DNA of 32,000 bases from Synechocystis sp. PCC 6803 substr. PCC-P (GTDB lineage Bacteria; Cyanobacteriota; Cyanobacteriia; Cyanobacteriales; Microcystaceae). Position 1 is the first letter of the stretch; each line of letters opens with the position of its first letter. The DNA lies in contig NC_017039.1 in assembly GCF_000284455.1 (NCBI RefSeq), positions 1,830,001 to 1,862,000 on the forward strand, written 5' to 3'. This document shows, in pieces, positions 7,327-14,822 of the stretch. The translations under genes were made by a program, and so were the position numbers. The notes under the pieces were generated by a model. That model saw only the letters and a program-made list of their open reading frames with translations. It did not search any database and was not told where the DNA came from.

Positions 7327-8280
7327 ATGGATTTTCGTCGCTGGATTGCCCGCCGTGACCAAGATTGGCAGACTCTGGACCAAATTTTGACCCGTATGGA
7401 AACCAAGGGGATCAAGTTCCTGGCCACGGAGGACATTCAACAGTTGGCTAGTTTATACCGGGCTACTTCCGCCGACCTGGCCCGAGCCCAAACCCATAAT
7501 CTCAATCCCCGCCTGAGGCAAAACTTACAAGCTTTAATCACTAGGGCCTACAGCCAGATTTACCAAGGCGATCGCCGACAGGAATGGGGCAAAGTAAAAG
7601 AATTTTACCTGTGGCAGTTGCCGTTAGTGTTGCGACAAACGGGGATTTACACCATGGCGGCCTTTGGTATTTTTTGCTTCGCCAGTGCCATTGCCTGGTG
7701 GTATAGCTGGCGGGATCCCGCTTTTCTAGAATTGGTGGTGCCAGGGGATTTAATCAGCACTGTTCGGGACGAAGGCCAGCTCTGGATGGGGTCAATTTTA
7801 ACGATGAAGCCGGTGGCGGCCAGTGGCATTATGATCAACAATCTCTCTGTGGCCTTTGGCATGGTGGCCGGAGGAGTGGTGGTGGGACTATGGACTATTT
7901 ACGCTCTGTTTTACAACGGTTTACTGCTGGGGGCGGTGGGAACATTGGTAGCCCAACATAATTTAGCCATTCCCTTTTGGGGCTTTGTTTTTCCCCACGG
8001 TTCCCTGGAATTACCGGCAATTTTTCTGGCAGGGGCAGCGGGATTACTCATTGCTAAGGGCATTGTTTGGCCAGGGCCCTACCGTCGAAGTTACGCCATC
8101 AAACAACAGGCGATCGCCGCCGCTCAATTGGTATTTGGCATTGTGCCCCTGCTGATCGTTGCGGGCATTATTGAAGGGTTTATTTCCCCGGCCCCTTGGA
8201 TTCCCGATGGTTTGAAATATCTTTTGGGAACGGCATTCTTTTTGCTTTTACTCAGCTATGCATCCCGGCAAAGGCCGTAA
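7327..8280 (+). CDS. SpoIIM/DUF95-family integral membrane protein
   Basis: The track ORF begins at a TTG (7192). The first ATG (7327) gives MDFRRWIARRDQDWQ.... Family-like motifs: IMINNLSVAFGMVAGG...YNGLLLG and FPHGSLELPAIFLAGAAG. There are multiple TM helices. Confidence 0.75.
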   Translation: MDFRRWIARRDQDWQTLDQILTRMETKGIKFLATEDIQQLASLYRATSADLARAQTHNLNPRLRQNLQALITRAYSQIYQGDRRQEWGKVKEFYLWQLPLVLRQTGIYTMAAFGIFCFASAIAWWYSWRDPAFLELVVPGDLISTVRDEGQLWMGSILTMKPVAASGIMINNLSVAFGMVAGGVVVGLWTIYALFYNGLLLGAVGTLVAQHNLAIPFWGFVFPHGSLELPAIFLAGAAGLLIAKGIVWPGPYRRSYAIKQQAIAAAQLVFGIVPLLIVAGIIEGFISPAPWIPDGLKYLLGTAFFLLLLSYASRQRP

Positions 8281-8286
8281 CACCAA

Positions 8287-9519
8287 CTAGGACTTTTTGG
8301 TGAAGCAACGGAAGTAAAGGGAGACAAAAAATTCCTTGACAGGAAAAGCAATAAATGTGATCGGGTTGATGGTGACGATGATATTGCGGCTATCCCGTTT
8401 TACCCCCTTCACCACTTGCCGAGCCACCCAGGCTGCACTCATAATCCCCACCGGATTAAGTTTGCTTTTGAACGGTCCTAAAATCAGCTTACGGATCACA
8501 CAGGGGGAATCCAAGCGCTTCAAGGTAACTACATCTCCCAACGCCCGCTTGCTCAGTTCATACAAAGGACTAAAGGCCGGGTTCACCTCCGCTTCAGAGG
8601 TATTGACCCAAATTTCCTTGGTGGCGATGTGGCGGTTAGTTTTCACCGTGGCTAGGAATAATTCCATCAGCCGTAGGGCAGAAAAAGTGTTGACTTCATA
8701 GGCTTCCTGAATTGCCTGGCCATCGCGCCTTTGGTGGACGTTTACCCCATGGTTGATAACTAAAACATCAATTTCCGCCAGTAAATCCTTCAGTTGATCT
8801 TCCTGGCCAATGCACCATTGTTCGGTTCTGATGGGAATAGTTTTCTCTGCTCCGATAACAGTTACTTCCTGACCACAGGACGTAATGGCGATCGCCTTAG
8901 CTCCTTGTTGATGGAGTTCCTGCAACAGGGCTTGGCCAAAACCACCGGAAGCTCCGGTCACTGCAATTTTTTTACCTTTTAGGGACAAAGCGGTGCCCAA
9001 CATTTTATCCACCAAAGTTAAAGTTCCACAGAAGTAAGCATTAGGATCGTCAAAATGATGCCGCCAATGATAAGTCCGGTTCACCATCCACGGGGCCGGT
9101 GGTGTTAAAAATGGCCCGGGGCGATGGGTTAAATCCGTAATTTCGTCTGCATTGGGCAACCCCACTCCCCTGGCGATCGCCGATAGTAAAAAACCTAGGG
9201 TGTAGACCATTCCAGCGCTAGCGGCCAGGATTAGAGGCCACTGACTGAAACCCTGCCACATCCAAGTCAACAGCGGGGGCCAAATACCAAAAGCTAACAT
9301 TACCAATGCTTCCGGTACATCATTGTACCAGTGGGCCTTTTGATAAATTTCCGTACTCACCACCGACAAATCCGACCGAAACACCCGATGGTGCCAACCA
9401 TGGAGACGATAAAGGGGCGACCACACATGGGCCAGGGCATGGTAGCAGTCCCGCACCAGTTCCACCCACAGCACCGAAGCCAGGGCCAAACCCAACCCCA
9501 TTAACCAAGCCATTGCCAT
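8287..9519 (-). CDS. Bifunctional fatty-acid hydroxylase/sterol-desaturase-like domain fused to a short-chain dehydrogenase (SDR)
   Basis: 410 aa. The N-terminal membrane domain has three His boxes: HALAH, HGWHHRVF and HWRHHFD. The C-terminal Rossmann domain has KKIAVTGASGGFGQAL (TGxxxGxG) and YELSK (YxxxK). Probably sll1376 (from memory). Confidence 0.85.
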   Translation of the reverse strand: MAMAWLMGLGLALASVLWVELVRDCYHALAHVWSPLYRLHGWHHRVFRSDLSVVSTEIYQKAHWYNDVPEALVMLAFGIWPPLLTWMWQGFSQWPLILAASAGMVYTLGFLLSAIARGVGLPNADEITDLTHRPGPFLTPPAPWMVNRTYHWRHHFDDPNAYFCGTLTLVDKMLGTALSLKGKKIAVTGASGGFGQALLQELHQQGAKAIAITSCGQEVTVIGAEKTIPIRTEQWCIGQEDQLKDLLAEIDVLVINHGVNVHQRRDGQAIQEAYEVNTFSALRLMELFLATVKTNRHIATKEIWVNTSEAEVNPAFSPLYELSKRALGDVVTLKRLDSPCVIRKLILGPFKSKLNPVGIMSAAWVARQVVKGVKRDSRNIIVTINPITFIAFPVKEFFVSLYFRCFTKKS

Positions 9520-9818
9520 ACGTTAAAAATTTTTACTGGTATGTTAAGTTTTGTTCTATCGATGGTAACGGTTTACGGTCCGGGCAGATCCATTTGCTCA
9601 GATATTTTTCAAAAAAAACAACATGTGCAGTACTTTTGTTGGGTTTGACATGAACTACATCTATTTTATATGTGAAACCTATACTTTAAAATTCCGCTAC
9701 TTTCGTCTATTTCTACGGTAGCCAATTTTCCTGACTGTGCTTTCTTGAGAAGATTGTCAGTAGTTTGGATATTAATTTTTAATCCTTGCATGATTTGGTA
9801 GTGTCATCTATGTAGTGA

Positions 9819-10045
9819 ATGCCCAAAAAAGACCAAAGTCGGGGCGAAATAGCACTTCCGAACTTTAGACCAAATGAAGACAGAGCTTAAAAACACTTTT
9901 GATCGAGACATTGACCTGATTACCCGTGAGAGCATCCACACTAGTCTTAACTAGTTACGCCGTCACCAAATCATTTCTTCAGCCCAGGTGATTTATGCAA
10001 CGGGGCCTTCAATTTTTACTTGATACGCTTTATCCGCAGCGCTGA
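9819..10045 (+). pseudogene. Decayed MNT-type nucleotidyltransferase (antitoxin) gene with a possible stub of its HepT/DUF86 partner
   Basis: One frame reads MKTELKNTFDRDIDLITRESIHTSLN*LRRHQIISSAQVIYA (9874-10020). This matches the conserved C-terminus of MNT antitoxins (..VDLV.....NW[IL]RR..I...A..IY), with TAG (9952-9954) where Trp TGG is expected. Upstream, ..SRGE.. lies in a different frame (9819-9890) and the usual SDxDxLV segment is missing. FLLDTLYPQR* (10013-10045) overlaps the 3' end and resembles a HepT N-terminus. Confidence 0.45.
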
Positions 10046-10083
10046 TCCTGACCTATACTACTCAATGCTCAATGGCGGAAAGA

Positions 10084-11718
10084 TCAAATATGGTTATTTT
10101 GCTGCCGAGCTTGTAATTGTTGACGAATGTCGGTATGAACTGCCCTGGTTATGGGATAGAAAATAGCTAGTATCAATCCGCCCAGTAAAAAGAAAGCTGG
10201 CAGGGGAGCAACGGCAAAACGAATGGCCCAGAGAGCACTGTCCGGTTGAATGGGAATTGGTTCCCCAGGAATGCGGGCAATAAAGCCGGACGCTTCCAGA
10301 GTTAGCCCCACCAAAAATAAGCCAAGGGCTAAACCTACTTTTTGCAATAGCACCATAAAGGCGTAGAAAAATCCTTCTCTGCGTTTGCCGGTGTTTAATT
10401 CGTCTAGATCCACCACATCGGGAATCATAGACCAGGGAATTAAATAGGCTACGGACACTCCCACTCCAGCAAAAATAGCTAGGGTGTACAGTAAAGCAAC
10501 CTGTCCTGGTTGCACTAACCAAAGCCCAGCTTCTGCCCCCATCCACACCATGGAGCCGAGAAAATAGATCACTTTTTTATCTAAAAACTGAGCCAAAGCT
10601 TGCCAAACAAATAGCATCACGAGGGCGGTGCCCTGGACAGCTAGGGCAATGGTGCCGGATTGTTGCTCATTTAAGCCCATCCAACTAACCACGAAATAAA
10701 CCAGAATTGATGCGGTCAATTGGACGGCCAACCAGGAACAGAGGTAAATACCAATGACAAATAGAAAAGCCCGGTTACTGAAGGCAATTTTGAGTTGTTT
10801 CAGCAGAGGCAAATTTTCTGTAACTCCGGGACTGGGGGAATTTTCAAGCTTTTGTAGATGTTCTTCTACAGCGCTGTCCCGCAGTGTAAAACCAAATCCA
10901 CCCCAAATTAACCCCAGTAGAATGAGGAAAAAGCTGATGTAATCAAAACCGCTGCCCCCCAACAAGTTAAAACTTTTGGCGATCGCCAATAAGATTAGGG
11001 TAATGCCGGCGGCCATTAACAGAGGCGCTAAACGTCGGCGTAGACTGGGCGAAAGGATTGGTTCTTTACCCTTTTCTTGTAGCCTTAACGCACTCCACAG
11101 TAGAGCCGAGATGGAGAGCACGGAAATCATTACTCCCAATTCACCAAACTGCTGCTGGGGGCGATCGGGCAAACCGGCGGCGATGAGGATGTAGAGAATG
11201 AGGGAAAGAATACTGCCGCCAATGGAAAAAGCAAAACGAAAACTATTTAGCCTAGTGCGCTCATTGTAGTTCTGGGTCAGCTCCGGTGTTAGGGCCGTGT
11301 AGGGCAAATTAACCGTGGTGTAACACAAATTAAATGCCATGGCGATCGCCACATAGTAAATAAACAATCCCCATTGATTAGTCAGGCGATCGTCGCTGAA
11401 ATGGGGAATTAACCACTGGGCAGTGTAAAAAAGAGCGAAGGGAATCATTCCTCCCAACATCCAAGGCAAACGCCGGCCCCATCGACTGCGGGTGCGATCA
11501 CTTAACAAGCCAATGATCGGGTCATTGATGGCATCAAAAATTTTGCCAATCATCAACACACTACCCGCCAGGGCCGCCGGTATTCCCGCCACATCGGTGA
11601 GGAAAAACAGCAGGTAAAACACCAAAATGTTGGCAGTTATAGCCGGGCCAAAGTCCCCTGCTCCATAGGCCAATTTAGTGGTGAAGTGAAGTTTTTCGGC
11701 GGAAAGGGATTGGCTCAT
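10084..11718 (-). CDS. Glycoside-pentoside-hexuronide (GPH) family sugar:cation symporter (MelB-like MFS)
   Basis: 544 aa with about 12 TM segments. The GPH signature DPIIGLLSDRTRSRWGRRLPWML follows TM2. Probably sll1374 (from memory). Confidence 0.9.
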   Translation of the reverse strand: MSQSLSAEKLHFTTKLAYGAGDFGPAITANILVFYLLFFLTDVAGIPAALAGSVLMIGKIFDAINDPIIGLLSDRTRSRWGRRLPWMLGGMIPFALFYTAQWLIPHFSDDRLTNQWGLFIYYVAIAMAFNLCYTTVNLPYTALTPELTQNYNERTRLNSFRFAFSIGGSILSLILYILIAAGLPDRPQQQFGELGVMISVLSISALLWSALRLQEKGKEPILSPSLRRRLAPLLMAAGITLILLAIAKSFNLLGGSGFDYISFFLILLGLIWGGFGFTLRDSAVEEHLQKLENSPSPGVTENLPLLKQLKIAFSNRAFLFVIGIYLCSWLAVQLTASILVYFVVSWMGLNEQQSGTIALAVQGTALVMLFVWQALAQFLDKKVIYFLGSMVWMGAEAGLWLVQPGQVALLYTLAIFAGVGVSVAYLIPWSMIPDVVDLDELNTGKRREGFFYAFMVLLQKVGLALGLFLVGLTLEASGFIARIPGEPIPIQPDSALWAIRFAVAPLPAFFLLGGLILAIFYPITRAVHTDIRQQLQARQQNNHI

Positions 11719-11743
11719 TAAGTTTGATGATGGCGGTAAGTTC

Positions 11744-11884
11744 CTAGCCCACAGCGTAGGCTACCCGTAGGGCCCAGATAATCAGGGCACCAATGCCCCC
11801 CAGGATTAACATTGCCGAAACAGCGACGAGGAAGGGCTTATCTGCCCCGTCGAATTTCATGATGCCACGGTTCAGGTCTGACAT
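11744..11884 (-). CDS. Small single-TM protein (46 aa), not in the supplied ORF track
   Basis: Hand translation: MSDLNRGIMKFDGADKPFLVAVSAMLILGGIGALIIWALRVAYAVG*. GGAGAG lies 8 nt upstream of the ATG. The TAG stop is 25 bp upstream of the GPH transporter ATG on the same strand. The protein has a polar N-terminus and one C-terminal TM helix. Confidence 0.5.
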   Translation of the reverse strand: MSDLNRGIMKFDGADKPFLVAVSAMLILGGIGALIIWALRVAYAVG

Positions 11885-12010
11885 AAAACCGACTCTCCAA
11901 AAGACTACATTGCAAAGGTTAGACGGACTTCCATGGTCTTAGTTTACTGTCTTGTCTGGAGCTTAACCTGTTCCCACGGACACTTTTTAGTCAGGTTTTG
12001 ATGGCATCAC

Positions 12011-12562
12011 TCACACCATGGCCCAAAGCAGGGAATCAAATATTTGTTGCCATCTTTGACCCAAAGTCTCAGCAACCTGGGGGAATTGTAGAAAGACAAA
12101 ATATGCCGTCAAGGAAATTCCCCCCACTAAAATGTAAATCCATTTGCCTAGATTGACTTCCACCACTAGGCAATAAAGCCAGTAGAAAACCAATGCTGCA
12201 AAAATCACCCCTGCGCTCCCCATCAATTGCAAGGCGATGACATAGATGTCCGTTTTGTCTAAAGTCGAATTATGTACTAAGTTTGCGGCGTAACCAGCGT
12301 ACCAAACTTGGATTATAATTCCTGGAATCCAGCCGATCCATTGAAATTTGAGTGAATTAATCACATCGACAATGGCACTTGTCCAATTGCCAAACCATTG
12401 CCATTCTTCATTCTTTCCTGTGATTTGATTCCACACTCCATTGATGAGTACAACTAATAGCAATGCCAATACCCAGGGAGCAATCAGCAGAAGCAGTAAA
12501 CCCCAGTACATAACGATACTACCGAGGGCATGGCCCATTAGTTTCAGAAATAGCAGGCCCAT
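12011..12562 (-). CDS. Hypothetical polytopic membrane protein
   Basis: 183 aa with an ATG start and 4-5 hydrophobic, Trp-rich segments. I recognise no family. It is co-directional with its neighbours. Confidence 0.65.
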   Translation of the reverse strand: MGLLFLKLMGHALGSIVMYWGLLLLLIAPWVLALLLVVLINGVWNQITGKNEEWQWFGNWTSAIVDVINSLKFQWIGWIPGIIIQVWYAGYAANLVHNSTLDKTDIYVIALQLMGSAGVIFAALVFYWLYCLVVEVNLGKWIYILVGGISLTAYFVFLQFPQVAETLGQRWQQIFDSLLWAMV

Positions 12563-12637
12563 AGTAGTGGATCACAAAAACGTTGGCATTTATCCTATCA
12601 CGGGGATAATTTGCCGTTTCCCATTAATTTACCAAGT

Positions 12638-13465
12638 CTAATAATCGTAATCTAAAATCACTTTTAGCCATTGGGGAGGCCGGGGAATGGGATTACCCAA
12701 ACGATCCAAAATCAAGAGCGCTGTTAAATGCACTGCCAGCATATAAATCAGACTGTTGAGGAAAACCATACCTACTGCCAAGAATTGTACTAGTAGCACG
12801 TCTGGCTGAGCCAAAATATTGAATTGTAAAAATAGCCAGTCAAGCAAATTGGTGATCTGTCCCATGACATATTGCCAAAGGTTTTCCCCCAACAGAAAGG
12901 AAAATAGCCAAAAGCGAAAGAAAAAGCCAAAGGTACCGATTAGTGCACCGGTAAAAATGGAAAAGCCCCAGGATGCATTTCTCACCCAGCAGAATCCCAA
13001 CTGCAAACTCATGAGCCCATAGGGAATGACAAAGACCACACTCCGGGTGGGGCCCATCAACACAGAAAGTAGCAACCCGGCGGCAATCATGCCCTTAATG
13101 GCGGCCGGCGATCGCCAACGCAGATAAACCAGAGCCAGGGGAATGGGAAACAGGATCCTTAATAGGGGGCCAATGGGAAAATAATAATTAATCAGCCAAA
13201 TAATGCTGACCATGCTAGCGAGAAAGGCGCTTTCCACCATGGCCAGGGTCTGGGGAGATTTCAACACCGGCTGTTGACGGCTCAAGGGTAATTCCTGTAG
13301 TGCTTTGCTTTCCTCTGTTTCTCCGTCCCCCGCATCCACCCAATTGTCTTCATCCATACTATTCACATCGACCATATCCGCCGTAGTCTCCTTGGGATCA
13401 CTAACAGAATTGGTAATCTCAGCTTTAATTCCGGTATTCGGCGATCGGTCAGCAGAAAAAGTCAT
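12638..13465 (-). CDS. Hypothetical polytopic membrane protein with an acidic N-terminal tail (possibly DUF2232-like)
   Basis: 275 aa. The first 60 or so residues are acidic and disordered (DMVDVNSMDEDNWVDAGDGETEES). About 6 TM helices follow. It lies 130 bp downstream of sycrp1 on the same strand. Confidence 0.65.
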   Translation of the reverse strand: MTFSADRSPNTGIKAEITNSVSDPKETTADMVDVNSMDEDNWVDAGDGETEESKALQELPLSRQQPVLKSPQTLAMVESAFLASMVSIIWLINYYFPIGPLLRILFPIPLALVYLRWRSPAAIKGMIAAGLLLSVLMGPTRSVVFVIPYGLMSLQLGFCWVRNASWGFSIFTGALIGTFGFFFRFWLFSFLLGENLWQYVMGQITNLLDWLFLQFNILAQPDVLLVQFLAVGMVFLNSLIYMLAVHLTALLILDRLGNPIPRPPQWLKVILDYDY

Positions 13466-13595
13466 GGAAAAAGTTTTTCAGTTATAACTTTGAACCCATC
13501 TAACACGGGATTCTGTGGCAACAAGCCCAACCCACCTAGTGTGACATACTATGTTTCGGCGATCGGCAATGGTGCCAGGGCAATATTTTCTATGT

Positions 13596-14294
13596 TCAGG
13601 AAATTAGATCTTCTAAATCCCTGAGATTGGCCACACTGATAAAATCCGGCTCTCGATGGATTAAGCCCCGTTTTTCCAGTTTAGTTAGGCAACGGGTGAC
13701 AGTTTCCCTGGCTAACCCACTAATACTACTCAATTCTCGGTGGGGCAAATTGGGAATAATTACCCCTTTGTCCGTATCTCGGCCCCGACCTTCCGCCAAA
13801 AATAGCAGGGTATCCGCCACCCGGGTTAAACTTTCTGCTTCCCTCAGCCGCAAACGACGGTTAAGTTGCCGCAGACGGCGAGCAATGATCTGGGCTAAAC
13901 GAATGCCCGCCATGGGCTCTGTTTGGAGAAAATTGTAAAATTCCGGAGCTGGTACACTGCACACTTCCGCCGGGGTAAGGGTGATGACGTCGGTGGAGCG
14001 GGGAGCCTCTTCGATCGCCGCCATTTCCCCGACAATCTCTCCCCGGCCGACAATGTTGAGGGTTACTTCCCGACCATCCACATTATGGGTGCGAATTTTG
14101 ACCCAGCCATCCATGACGAAATAAACTGAGCCGCCCCAGTCATGTTCGAGGAGAATAACTTGGTTGGCGGGATGACTGCGAACGGAAACATGGGCAATGG
14201 CCTCTTGCAATACTTCCAGCCTTAATCCCTCAAAAAAAGGTATTTCTTGGCTTAAACGCTCAGTAAACTCTGAATTTTGGGGACTAGTGCCCAT
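13596..14294 (-). CDS. sycrp1: CRP/FNR-family cAMP receptor protein
   Basis: 232 aa. The cNMP-binding domain has a canonical phosphate-binding cassette, GEMAAIEEAPRSTDV (G-E...R-S-T). The C-terminal HTH is RELSSISGLARETVTRCLTKLEKRGLI. Size and neighbourhood fit sll1371/SYCRP1. Confidence 0.9.
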   Translation of the reverse strand: MGTSPQNSEFTERLSQEIPFFEGLRLEVLQEAIAHVSVRSHPANQVILLEHDWGGSVYFVMDGWVKIRTHNVDGREVTLNIVGRGEIVGEMAAIEEAPRSTDVITLTPAEVCSVPAPEFYNFLQTEPMAGIRLAQIIARRLRQLNRRLRLREAESLTRVADTLLFLAEGRGRDTDKGVIIPNLPHRELSSISGLARETVTRCLTKLEKRGLIHREPDFISVANLRDLEDLIS

Positions 14295-14436
14295 AACCCT
14301 CCTCCCTAAACATTGATAGCCTCCCTAGGATGGCTCGGTCTTTTAATTCTGGCAAACAATGGTTGAAACATCTTGTTTACCTGGGTTTGAATTCCCTATA
14401 AGTAAACCTTAAATTGGTTGTGCCCCACTCCAGAGA

Positions 14437-14454
14437 AAGTGAGTTTTTTCACTT
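14437..14454. promoter_or_regulatory. CRP-type palindrome AAGTGA-N6-TCACTT upstream of sycrp1
   Basis: Read directly: aagtga gttttt tcactt. The GTGA-N6-TCAC core of the CRP/SYCRP1 consensus TGTGA-N6-TCACA is perfect. Only the outer T/A pair differs, and it differs symmetrically. The centre lies about 151 bp upstream of the sycrp1 ATG. It could equally be a weak hairpin. Confidence 0.35.
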
Positions 14455-14822
14455 GCTAGGGAGCATTTCTGGATTGGATTAAGACTTGTTACCATGAACC
14501 GAGTGGGCAAACCAAATCAAAATGGCACAAACAATGCCACTGGCAATAGCCTGTGGGTTCCAAGCTTGGGAATTTTTTTCCTCAACTAAATCCCCCCAAA
14601 TTAGAATCACATCGAGCAGAATGATCGCTTGTTAGAGAAGGGAAGATAGATATTCTAACGGGTAGTTGACAGTAATTTATTGAAAGACATTTATCACAGT
14701 CTAATTCTTTAGGATTTTCTACAGAAGAAACTAAAAAATTGTGTGCTGCCGATATCAATAACTTTTGATTTGTTAGCGGTACCCAGATTTTTTATAAAAT
14801 CAATTTTTTATGGCCGCTTATT

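Noticed and set aside
9315-9328. NtcA-like motif GTA-N8-TAC (gtacatcattgtac)
   Set aside because: It lies well inside the hydroxylase-SDR coding sequence, about 190 bp downstream of its start. No -10 box is appropriately placed. It is probably a chance match.
10094-10546. 150-aa minus-strand ORF in an alternative frame inside the GPH transporter
   Set aside because: It is embedded in a 544-aa frame carrying the GPH signature. There is no independent evidence for it.
12351-12365. CRP-like AGTGA-ATTAA-TCACA
   Set aside because: The spacer is 5 nt rather than 6, and it lies inside the 183-aa membrane protein coding sequence.
14479-14610. 43-codon minus-strand frame ((V)ILIWGDLVEEKNSQAWNPQAIASGIVCAILIWFAHSVHGNKS) upstream of sycrp1
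   Set aside because: It has one plausible TM helix but no ATG, only a GTG with no SD-like sequence, and an in-frame TAA just upstream. I could not support it as a gene. It might be a gene remnant.
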